A DNA stretch of 63,707 bases, the filler included, from Octopus bimaculoides (Eukaryota), in NCBI RefSeq assembly GCF_001194135.2. It is 5 parts of 5 records of this genome, joined end to end, with 100 filler letters (N's around TTAATTAATTAA, not from the genome) between each part and the next. Parts side by side here need not be neighbours in the genome. Positions count along the whole stretch, not along the records: positions 44,321 to 62,461 come from NC_068988.1; 4 more parts are not named here. The stretch is one strand, 5' to 3'. Below, piece by piece: positions 47,545-58,718 of the stretch (within the stretch, counting starts at the first letter, position 1; every line of letters starts with the position of its first letter). Under the pieces are notes generated by a model, which saw nothing but the letters and a program-made list of their open reading frames with translations, had not been told where the DNA came from and ran no database searches. Made by a program: the position numbers and the translations under genes.

Positions 47545-48512
47545 TCGTGGGTGCAGTGTCTGCTACTCAGACAAATGGTGCTGTATTAAACTAAATCGAG
47601 TACGCTGATTCCGAATCTGAACTTGGAATTCCTGTAGCACATCAGGATTTTGAGTTATGCGCATAATTATATGTTAATATTATACTAGAATCGGGAATAG
47701 TTAAGTTTAAGGTAATTAATTATTATAATAGTATATTAGTACTGTATATAGTAAATTTATATTCAAGGCAAATAGCATTATAACATAATGGTGCATAGTA
47801 TATTTATGTTAATGGAATACTCACTTTATTTTTGATATTCTCAGCACAGAAATATTTCAGACACTTGCTCTTGCGCTTATGGATCGTGCTGGTCTCCCGT
47901 TGTAGAAAACTGGCAGTAGCAACCCATCGTGGTAAGATTGAATCGGCCTTGATACCTCGTGTCCATCTCAGATATGTCCTGGTGGAGTCTCTCACCATGC
48001 TCATCACTAAGGGCACCAAGTTTCGTTGGAAAAAATCGAGATTAGAATGCAAGAAGCGGATTTTAAAGGACATTGTTTGAGTGATTCACACAGCCTCTCC
48101 TATTCATGATCTAACACAATGAATACAGTTAGAACAGTAATCACGCAGAGCGAGGGATACACATACCACACGTGACGGCAACGCAAACGACACTGAGAAT
48201 TACCAAAAACAAACTGATGTATTTGGCATTGTACACAATAAGTCAGCGCCATCTATTGCTAAACTAAATAATCAACTTTCTCATCGTTTGTTTTATTGCA
48301 GTTATTTCTTTAATTTTGAATTAAGACCGCTTTCATTTTAGCAAATTTTGTAATTCGGCCTATATCTATCCGAAAGTATAGTTATAATCTTGCGCATAAT
48401 TCAAAATCCCGACGTAGTAGAACAATTCTGAGTGTGGATTCGGAATCAGCATCCTCGATTTAGTCTAAAACATCTGCTTTTACCCCAGTAGTAAAATCTT
48501 TGTTGTCCAGTG
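47545..48512 (-). mobile_element. Chapaev3-like (CMC) DNA transposon, internally deleted
   Basis: ORF 47804-48073(-) MSFKIRFLHSNLDFF, continuing after a frameshift as GALSDEHGERLHQDISEMDTRYQG, matches the MSLKIHFLHSHLDFFPxNLGAVSDEHGERFHQDI transposase tail. The right terminus reads CACTGGACAAC inward. Long subterminal inverted repeats at about 47591-47660 and 48390-48463. Confidence 0.8.
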
Positions 48513-49642
48513 TTATCAAATATTCGAACTGAGAATAGAAAATCATTATAAAAAGAATCAAACGGTTGTTCAAGACAGGCCGGTACTAAACACTCAGAAA
48601 GTCAAATTGTTATTCATAGACTCACAAATCACACCTTTAATTAGAAATCTAGTGAGTTATTCACCGGAAATGTTCAGATACTTTTAATCTATCTACAAAC
48701 AGAAAGTTCTTTAAGATGGTGACAAACTATTATCACTTGTGAGGAGTGAACTCACAAATAAGTTGCTGTATATGGAGGACCCCTCCTCGTTCCATCCTAA
48801 AATCCTCAAAGAGTGAGAAAGAGGAAGATAATCTATTTTAATACACTATTCAATCTAGAAGTTTCCAGGAATATAGCTATGAGTTTCCTGGTACTAATTT
48901 TATAGTATTTCCTAAAATCCTATACATATAATAAATTTCTATAATGTCAAGGTTAGCAGCTCATTTTTAGATAATATCTCTTCCAAATTTCCATGCGACA
49001 ACAGAAGCAAACACGTGCCCAAAATGATATGTCGTAACATAATAACTTTACGAAATTATTTCGGCAAGATCAAAGTATGAGTGTGGCACACCATTAAAGT
49101 TAGAGCTGTTTAGAAACTCCATTGGTAATTGGATATGTTCTCTTTATCATCGCAGAAATCAATCAAGGACTGTACGGTTGCTCTTTCCATCAAATATGCT
49201 GGTGATTTCCTCCTTTATAGAATCAATAACCAAAGTGTGCTTGATTTTATGCTTGCTTCTTTGTTTTCTTTTTTTGGGGGGACTTTTTTTTTCAAACTTA
49301 AATCTCTTAATGAAGGTAAGGATGGAAGGAAGCCATAACTTCCATTTTGGCCATTTATGTTGTCACTTTGCTTTTGATCCCTCGAGCCTTCAAATGGGTT
49401 GCTCTTAGTTCACGATGGTTTTCGAGTGCATTACAACAATCTATGTTCATTCTTGTAACAGGTATCGACAATGACCTCTTATATAAATCTTCCTTACTCA
49501 TCCAATGTATATCAGTTTATATGCGTAATTTTTGCTGCTATTCACAACCGAGGCCGTCATACCTTTCTGTCCTCTTATAAACAAAAGAACAAAGTATAAC
49601 TGATCATACTTCTAGTTCAGTTGGTTATTTTACAGAAACTGG

Positions 49643-49880
49643 GTCGAACGGAGACAATCCGGAGCTGAATGGCAACAACTATAAATTTGTTCGGGTAATG
49701 CTGACAATGGACTAGATAGCAACAATAAAGGCAGACCAGTTCGATAAGGACTGACCTGGGACAAAACAGCAGCCGCAACAACAAAATCATTTCTCATTTG
49801 TAGTGTCTCAAAGCAACATATTGCACATCAGTAATATTAGATAATGATCAGAGAAATGCTCATGTCAAACGCATATTGAC
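49643..49880 (+). repeat. Copy 2 of the unassigned 240-bp direct repeat
   Basis: See 47039-47280. Confidence 0.8.
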
Positions 49881-52160
49881 AGAAACAATGCCATGATGTC
49901 CACTTGTGTTTCCTCCTCTTCCAGAAGTAGAAAAAAAGCATCATAATTCCTCGTAGGACATGATCCAATAGCCAGAAAACTAGGCTCGTCTCAAGACTGT
50001 GCCATTGTATCTACATTGCTTAGTCTTCGATCAATGCGTGCAGAAGTTTCTTTACTAGCACACATCAAGTACTACTGCTACCTGGTATTGTTTTCTTTTC
50101 AGATATTCCGTAAAAGATCGTCTTCATTAGCACACACTAGATGCCTTTCTTCACATTAGAATTCTCAGATTTTTATCTCTTTTCCATTTTTGCCATTTCC
50201 CTCAGAATCCATTTATTTCCATTTTATTATTTTTTTTTTTTTTGTCGCTAGTGTCTTCGCATATTACTTTTCACTTGATTATCTTGATTATCTCTTTCTA
50301 ATATGCCTTCTTTATTTTTAATGTATATGCATAGAAAAAGTACAACACATATCTGAACAGGCACAACTGTGTATAATAATAGTTAATTATATCAGTTAGC
50401 AGTATATTGATGGTTAAGACAAAATTGTCTACTCTATCTGCTGTTATAGAAATATGGATACAGTAATAAGAAACGTAATCGAGAGAGAGTGAAAAAAATA
50501 GTACTGATATAAAAAGAAATTATTTTCAAAGAAAAGAAAAACGACGAATGGAATAGAGACTAATTTTTAGTACTGACAGAATATCTTGTATTCTGTATGA
50601 ATGTGGAAAGCAAGTTTTGTGACATAATTTCAATGCAATGAATATGAAAATATATCATGACTTTTCCGTGAATAGCAAATCCCACCCACACTTAGATATA
50701 TATTTTCATATCTGTATATCATGCAGATTGCAGTTCATAGTATTGTTAAACTTCAAGGTCAGAGCTTGTTATTTCAGTAACATATGTGTGTAAGTGTATG
50801 TATGTATGAATAAATGAGTGTATGTATATACGTACATACAATCATGCATCTATACCTACAAACATACATACATAGATAAGCATAAATTCATATTTCATAT
50901 TATTGTTAAATGTCAAGGCCAAAGTAACCATGTGTTTGGAAAAAAATATAAACTGTTTCTCTGCAATTCGGAATGCCTCAACCAAACATCAATGGCTTTT
51001 TACTGTTGTTGAAATTCTGCCAAAAAATATAAAATGAACATACATATATACACTGGTGCATTTGTGTGTGTATGTGTCTATATAAAACACGCATATATAC
51101 AAAAGGCTTCCTCATCGTCTTTGTTTAGGAAGTGATCAATCCGACATTGTAGCAGAAAGCCTTTACCGAAAGCGCCATGCAATAGGTATAGAAACTGAGA
51201 CTGTACGACTGCGAAGCGGTCTTCCAGATTACACAACCACTCGTACGCCCTCCTAACGCTACAAGATATCAATGTGTTGTTGGCCTTTGACAACACATGA
51301 AGTTTTAGGAATGTACGTCTGCAATAAAATGCATAAATGAACCAACGAGGCCTTTTATGTAGTTGTTCGATATACTGAAAACTCTCTGTTAAACAGATTA
51401 CCATGTTAGGAAATGAACTCACTTTTAGCAAAGACATTTTACAATCTGAGGTTGCATTCAATAATGTAATCCTATATAGTACAGCTAAAACAAAATCAGA
51501 AGAAGGGTGCCGTCACGGAGAAAATAGAATTTACCAGGGAGTAAAATATGTATTTTTTAACAACTTAATAAGTAGAAAAAATATGTAACCAATAATGACA
51601 GCATGTTGTCTTCGAAACTTTCACAAATGCATTATACGGGGTTATATTTCCGTGGAATTTTTTAATTTACATGTAAACGACAATGTATGTTAAAACTCTA
51701 GTCTCCAACATAAACCACAAACAATTTTTATTCATACATACATATATGTTCGTGTGTGTGTGTATGCATTTATCTATCTATCTGTCACCCTACGCTCTCT
51801 CTCTCTCTCTCTCTCTCNNNNNNNNNNNNNNNNNNNNNNNNNNNNNNNNNNNNNNNNNNNNNNNNNNNNNNNNNNNNNNNNNNNNNNNNNNNNNNNNNNN
51901 NNNNNNNNNNNNNNNNNNNNNNNNNNNNNNNNNNNNNNNNNNNNNNNNNNNNNNNNNNNNNNNNNNNNNNNNNNNNNNNNNNNNNNNNNNNNNNNNNNNN
52001 NNNNNNNNNNNNNNNNNNNNNNNNNNNNNNNNNNNNNNNNNNNNNNNAATATATATGAGTTCGAGTTACCGTCAAGGTAGACGTTTCAAAGTCATTGTCT
52101 TGCGGAGCTATCAGCGACAGCACGATAGATGAGTCAAAGATAATAAGACGCGAAAGACTG

Positions 52161-54338
52161 CCACAACATAATAATGGTGACGAGAATATTACATTGCCGA
52201 CAATAACATACAAGTGAACGAGGATTCACATTATAAAAATAGCGACGAGGATATAAACAAGTTATGCGGACAACGTTGAAAAGAAAAAATGTTTTTTTAC
52301 GAGAAAATAATCAATTCACGAGGACGACGTTGAAAAAGTTTCCATGTGGAGAAATTAAGAACTCGATAGAGGAGTAACAAACATTTTTGTTGTACATATT
52401 TTGCAACAAATCCGTAAAATTATAGAAAACTTGCTGGAGGGTCTAGTTGAGTTGCAAAAACAATAACAAAAACAACAACAACAAATGCAACAAATAATGA
52501 AGTTGGTAATAAAGCCGGAAAATACATTTTCACCAGACCATGTAGCAAATTCAGTAAATGAACTTAAATATGACCCAGAAGAAGGAGTCACCTTCGAGGC
52601 ATATTACTGAAGATTTGAACAAATTTTCGAGAAAGAATGGCAAGACTGGACGGACGAAATGAAAACGCGTCTAATTCTGAGGAAACTGGCGACGATAGAG
52701 CATGAGAGATATTGTAACTTTATATTTCATAAAAAAGTTTCTGACATAAATTTCGCAGACACCGTTAACATTTTATGTAAGATGTTCAGTGAAAAAACAT
52801 CGATATTCAACATACGTTGGAAGTGTTTGAACACTGAGAAAAGCGATGACGAAGATTTTTACCACATATGTGGGTAGAGTGAACAGAAAGTGCGCGATAT
52901 TGAAACTGGATAAACAAACTCTAGACACGTTCAAGTGCCTGATTTTTGTTCAGGGACTTACTGTTAAAAAGGACGCAGAAGTCAGAACGTAAATTCTCGC
53001 AAAGTTGGGAATGAACCAGGATATAACTCTCCAGAAACCGTCAGAAAAGTGAGGATATTAAAAGTAAGGCACAACACAGAAGAAATCCAACGCAGAGATT
53101 GTTTTCAGATAAAACCGGTGTAGAAGAGTGAGAAGACGGGCAAAATATTTCACAAAAAACACGAGATACAACAGGAGATAGACCCATGTATGGCATGTGG
53201 TGGTAAGCACCTGAAAAAAGAGTGTCCGTTCATAAAAACAAAATGCTTTCGTTGTGGGAACACAGGACATATTAAATTGCACTGCAGAACTAAGATGACG
53301 AAAGTTGGATCAAACGGGAAAAATAAATAGTTTGTCATCAGTGAAAAAAGTTTGTACAGCAAACAGAACATTCATCAAGGTGAGAATCGAAAACACTAGC
53401 GTCAAAATGCAATTAGACATAGGTTGTGACATCACTATCATAAATGAAGAAACATGGCGACAAATCGGTAAGCCGAAATTATTTAAATCAAATAAAGTAG
53501 CATATGGTGTTACAGGAAAGAAAGTATATTTCATCGGCGAATGTATTTGCAATGTTTCGAAAACGCCACTAAACCTATTTGGCATAGAATACACAGAGTT
53601 ATTTAGAATGTGGGATACCGCCATTAGTGTTCTTTGTGAAAATGTAGTCGGCACAATCAAAAGTTCGAATGAAGTTGAACAACTGAGATAAAATTTTAAA
53701 AAATAGTTTCCAAATATTTTTTGGAAGGATTAGGCTGTTGCACTAAAACAAAAGCGAGGATCATGGTAAAAGAAAAGGCAACACTTGTTTTTAAACCCGG
53801 TTTGTGTAAAGAAATAATGAATAAACTAAGAGTGTGTGCGGACTTTTCAATTGGATTAAATGACTGTTTAGTCGAACACAAATATCCATTACAAAGCCCA
53901 GATGAAGTGTTCTCAAACCTAAATGGAGGAAAACTTTTCTCGAAGCCAGAACTCTCAGAAGCCTATCTATAGATACAGGAAGAGGAAGACTGCACACACC
54001 TTTTAAAAATCAACACACACCGTGGATTATATAAATTCTAGCGGCTTCATTTTGGAGTAAAAGTGGCACCTGCCATATTCCAGCAAGTGATGAACGCAAT
54101 GTTAAATGATTGCGACTTCGCTATCGCTTATCTCGATGATATTTTGATAAAGAGCGAGTCAGTGGAGCAACACTTCGAACATATTAAATAAGTATTCGGA
54201 AAAATAAATGAATACGAGTTTAGACTGACAGACGAAAAGTGTGAAATTTGATGAAAATTACCGACACAACATAATATTAGAGACAAGAATATTACAGTGC
54301 CGACGACAACATACAAGTAGACGAGGATCTACATTATA
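52161..54338 (+). mobile_element. Decayed Ty3/gypsy LTR retrotransposon, Mag-like (gag-PR-RT, truncated within RT)
   Basis: Gag LKYDPEEGVTFEAYY..FEQIFEKEWQDWTDEMKTRLILRKL..EHERYCNFI. Double knuckle CMACGGKHLKKECPFIKTKCFRCGNTGHIKLHC (about 53184-53288). Protease MQLDIGCDITIINEETW. RT LRVCADFSIGLND...LFSKPELSEAYL...FGVKVAPAIFQQVM...AYLDDILI. PBS-like tagcgacgagg at 52240. Confidence 0.92.
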
Positions 54339-54370
54339 ATAATATACAAACATACATATATACGCACACA

Positions 54371-54423
<53 letters not shown>

Positions 54424-55426
54424 NNNNNNNNNNNNNNNNNNNNNNNNNNNNNNNNNNNNNNNNNNNNNNNNNNNNNNNNNNNNNNNNNNNNNNNNNNNNN
54501 NNNNNNNNNNNNNNNNNNNNNNNNNNNNNNNNNNNNNNNNATATATATACATCGAAATATATAAGTGTGTGTGTGTGTGATTGCACGTGTATATAAGGTG
54601 AGACGCATGCTCACGCACACATGTGTATGCGCACGCATCCCACCTTACACCGGTTGTTGTTTGTTAGTTACTCCCTTGATTATGTTACAAAAACAATCGA
54701 AAGTACAATTTTATTATACAAATATACTATATCCTGTTTATAGTTTAGAACGTTAGGCTCTTGATTGAGGTCAAAAAGAAGAAGAAGAAAAAGAAACAAT
54801 TGATGCACAATGAATAACTGAAAGCGACTCCAGCTTCTAAATAGTGCTAGTTGTTATCCCTGCTAGATGTAGCGCGTTAAAGTTAAAACAAAACCTGGTA
54901 AATTACATAATTGTAGAATATCATGTTTCGAATTATGACGCTAAAAAAATATAACGTAAGGTCAAAGCAGTTCGAATTAGGTTAATAGATTCTGTGCTTG
55001 GGCGTGTAATATATAATACTATAGATACATTAATGTATGAATGTGTGTATGTGCGTATGTGAATACGCATATCTGTATACATGCCTGTATGTGCTTGTGT
55101 GTGTGGGGGGGGGGGGGTGCGTGTGTAGCAACCACTGCAATTATATACGTATTTATATACATTTATATATATTTGAATGTATAGTTATATGAATGTATGT
55201 GTGTTCGCGCGCACGTGTGTGTGTGTGCATGTATATGCGTGAATTTGTGTGTGACTATGCGTTTGTATAAATTCGAATGGTTTAAGTGCACTGTGTATAT
55301 TTGTAGTAATGTTATAACCTGTACAAATATGTTATTGTCGTATAAGTTTGTTTCAATTTAGTATCAATATATGAACTTCAGTATTAATGATTGAAAATAT
55401 ATATACATATACACATACACACTCAT

Positions 55427-55479
<53 letters not shown>

Positions 55480-56045
55480 CGCACACACACACACCTATAC
55501 ACCAGAGTAAGCACATAAATGCGAAACAAGGTGGAAAAAATAGTACTCGGATCTAGTTTAAAACGGGGGAACCAGTATTTTCTGAACGAAACACTAACGA
55601 AACACTTTGAAACTTGGGACACTGGTAGAATGTGTCATATAAAACATCTTTTACTCTTAGTCTTCTTAACAAAAAANNNNNNNNNNNNNNNNNNNNNNNN
55701 NNNNNNNNNNNNNNNNNNNNNNNNNNNNNNNNNNNNNNNNNNNNNNNNNNNNNNNNNNNNNNNNNNNNNNNNNNNNNNNNNNNNNNNNNNNNNNNNNNNN
55801 NNNNNNNNNNNNNNNNNNNNNNNNNNNNNNNNNNNNNNNNNNNNNNNNNNNNNNNNNNNNNNNNNNNNNNNNNNNNNNNNNNNNNNNNNNNNNNNNNNNN
55901 NNNNNNNNNNNNNNNNNNNNNNNNNNNNNNNNNNNNNNNNNNNNNNNNNNNNNNNNNNNNNNNNNNNNNNNNNNNNNNNNNNNNNNNNNNNNNNNNNNNN
56001 NNNNNNNNNNNNNNNNNNNNNNNNNNNNAGAGTAATATGCTATTT

Positions 56046-56227
56046 TAAAAAGCAGCAAAAATGTCTCAAAAACTGTTACTCAGAGTTTCACGTTTCCGTT
56101 CGTCGGAGTTTTGTTTAGAATGAAGCAAGATAAAACTATATGCAGAAATACAATTACTTTGATAGATGCTCATTTGAAAATGGTTTTGTTTCATTGGTCC
56201 TTTCAACTAACGGTCTTTCCAATAACC
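56046..56227 (-). repeat. Repeat family B, copy 1 (hammerhead-bearing, inverted relative to copy 2)
   Basis: Reverse complement aligns along its length with 56795-57023. Confidence 0.85.
56068..56113 (-). ncRNA. Degenerate minimal type-I hammerhead-like motif
   Basis: Minus strand reads CAAAACU-CCGACGA-ACG-GAAA-CGU-GAAAC-UCUGA-GUA-ACAGUUUUU. Stem I has a 2-nt deletion and the core is U4C. Confidence 0.5.
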
Positions 56228-56799
56228 ATTTGAATGAAATAACAAATTGCGGTTTAAAATCATATTATTATAAATCGAAGAAAACCTTAAATCAAAAATA
56301 GCTTATAAAGAAAGAAAACGTCTGAATACCCAGGGTAAATGATTAGCTGTAAAAATAATAATCAATTAATAAATTAAAAGATATATATCCGTTTAAAAAT
56401 TTTTCACGCTAGATTTCATATACATTTAGCAATATATACACATACCAAACAATCTATAATATACGTATATACACTATACATAAAGACATGGCTACATACA
56501 TAGACAGATATATATAGGCAAAACATTAATATATAAAAATTTATATATATATATATTTATATGTATATACACACGCATGCGCACAAAATCTCCTGGTGTA
56601 TGCTTATACAAGTTAGTTGTAACAGGCGAAAGAAAGAAAAGGAAAAATCAGAGAATAATAAGTGGGGGGAGGAGAAAAAAAAAGAGAGAAAGAAGAAAAA
56701 GAAATAAAAGAACAGAAACAGAAAATGAGAGAGAGCAAGGGAAAAAACAGGTAGAGGTAGAGAGAGTGAAATGATGGTGTTCCAATAAGTACCCGGTTA

Positions 56800-56875
56800 T
56801 TGAAAAGACCGTTAGTTGAAAAGACCGTTAGTTGAAAAGACCGTTAGTTGAAAAGACCGTTAGTTGAAGAGACCG
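56800..56875 (+). repeat. Tandem array, 4 perfect copies of ttgaaaagaccgttag plus one partial
   Basis: Directly visible, with no spacers. Confidence 0.95.
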
Positions 56876-56957
56876 ATCAAACAAAACCATTTTCAAATGT
56901 GTATCCATCAAAGTAATTGTATTTCTGCATATAACTTCATCTTGCTCCATTCTAAAC

Positions 56958-57003
56958 AAAACTGTGCGACGAACGGGAACGTGAAACTCTGAGTAACAGT
57001 TTT
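56958..57003 (+). ncRNA. Minimal type-I hammerhead-like motif with core mutations
   Basis: AAAACUGU-GCGACGA-ACG-GGAA-CGU-GAAAC-UCUGA-GUA-ACAGUUUU: perfect 8-bp stem I, 3-bp stem II with a GNRA loop, near-palindromic stem III ACUC-U-GAGU. Confidence 0.55.
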
Positions 57004-57818
57004 TGCGATATTTTTGCTACTTTNNNNNNNNNNNNNNNNNNNNNNNNNNNNNNNNNNNNNNNNNNNNNNNNNNNNNNNNNNNNNNNNNNNNNNNNNNNNN
57101 NNNNNNNNNNNNNNNNNNNNNNNNNNNNNNNNNNNNNNNNNNNNNNNNNNNNNNNNNNNNNNNNNNNNNNNNNNNNNNNNNNNNNNNNNNNNNNNNNNNN
57201 NNNNNNNNNNNNNNNNNNNNNNNNNNNNNNNNNNNNNNNNNNNNNNNNNNNNNNNNNNNNNNNNNNNNNNNNNNNNNNNNNNNNNNNNNNNNNNNNNNNN
57301 NNNNNNNNNNNNNNNNNNNNNNNNNNNNNNNNNNNNNNNNNNNNNNNNNNNNNNNNNNNNNNNNNNNNNNNNNNNNNNNNNNNNNNNNNNNNNNNNNNNN
57401 NNNNNNNNNNNNNNNNNNNNNNNNNNNNNNNNNNNNNNNNNNNNNNNNNNNNNNNNNNNNNNNNNNNNNNNNNNNNNNNNNNNNNNNNNNNNNNNNNNNN
57501 NNNNNNNNNNNNNNNNNNNNNNNNNNNNNNNNNNNNNNNNNNNNNNNNNNNNNNNNNNNNNNNNNNNNNNNNNNNNNNNNNNNNNNNNNNNNNNNNNNNN
57601 NNNNNNNNNNNNNNNNNNNNNNNNNNNNNNNNNNNNNNNNNNNNNNNNNNNNNNNNNNNNNNNNNNNNNNNNNNNNNNNNNNNNNNNNNNNNNNNNNNNN
57701 NNNNNNNNNNNNNNNNNNNNNNNNNNNNNNNNNNNNNNNNNNNNNNNNNNNNNNNNNNNNNNNNNNNNNNNNNNNNNNNNNNNNNNNNNNNNNNNNNNNN
57801 NNNNNNNNNNNNNNNNNN

Positions 57819-57854
<36 letters not shown>

Positions 57855-57900
57855 TATGCATGTATATATAAATGCTCATGCGTGAATGTGAGAATGTACG

Positions 57901-57932
<32 letters not shown>

Positions 57933-58634
57933 TAAATATATATATATATTTCATAGATTTATATGTGTATGCATGTATATATGTACGACCGTGTATATCA
58001 GGTTTTCAGACAAGTAGGTTTCTATTGAATTAACAATGTCACTAGTGTGAGGAAAGAATACATAATAGGAAAAATATTAAAGTGTTCCGAAATTATACAT
58101 TGCTTAGAACCGTTCATATTATCCAAATCCATAATAAATGTATGTATGTATGTATGTATGTATGTATGTATGTATGTATGTACATGAATGAATGTACACG
58201 TGGTTGGGTTTGAGACTGTAATCACATGCGATAACAATGCATTCCTTATTACATGAATATTCATAAGAATTTGGCTCATTATTCCATCATTGGGGAATAG
58301 ACTCATTTGTGAGAACTCTGAGGAAATATTGTTGGTGCTAATTGGTGCATCGGTTTACTAATCCTAGGTTTCTGCTCTCCGTCAATTCCATTCTGGTACG
58401 ATGTACCATTTCTGCGTATTATTTCTTTGTCTGCGAGTAATAAGAACACAGTAAAGACTAGTTTTAAATTTGCCGGATATAGTCTTCCGTTGTTGGGTTT
58501 AATTAACATCTTAATTGAATTACAATACGTTAAGCAGTCTTTTGATGCAGATATCATTCATTTGCAGTTCATTTTTATAACTCACTTGCTAACTGAATAT
58601 TAGTTGGTATCCAAGTAGATATGTATGTATGTGT

Positions 58635-58718
<84 letters not shown>

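Larger units (their letters stand above)
56795..57023 (+). repeat. Repeat family B, copy 2, with expanded 16-bp unit
   Basis: Begins ggttattgaaaagaccgttag and runs into the gap at 57024. Confidence 0.85.

Noticed and set aside
49100-50200. Faint RTE-like peptide fragments on the minus strand
   Set aside because: Too degraded to assign.
56800-56875. Regular 16-bp repeats as a CRISPR-like array
   Set aside because: No spacers and a eukaryotic context; a simple VNTR within a repeat.
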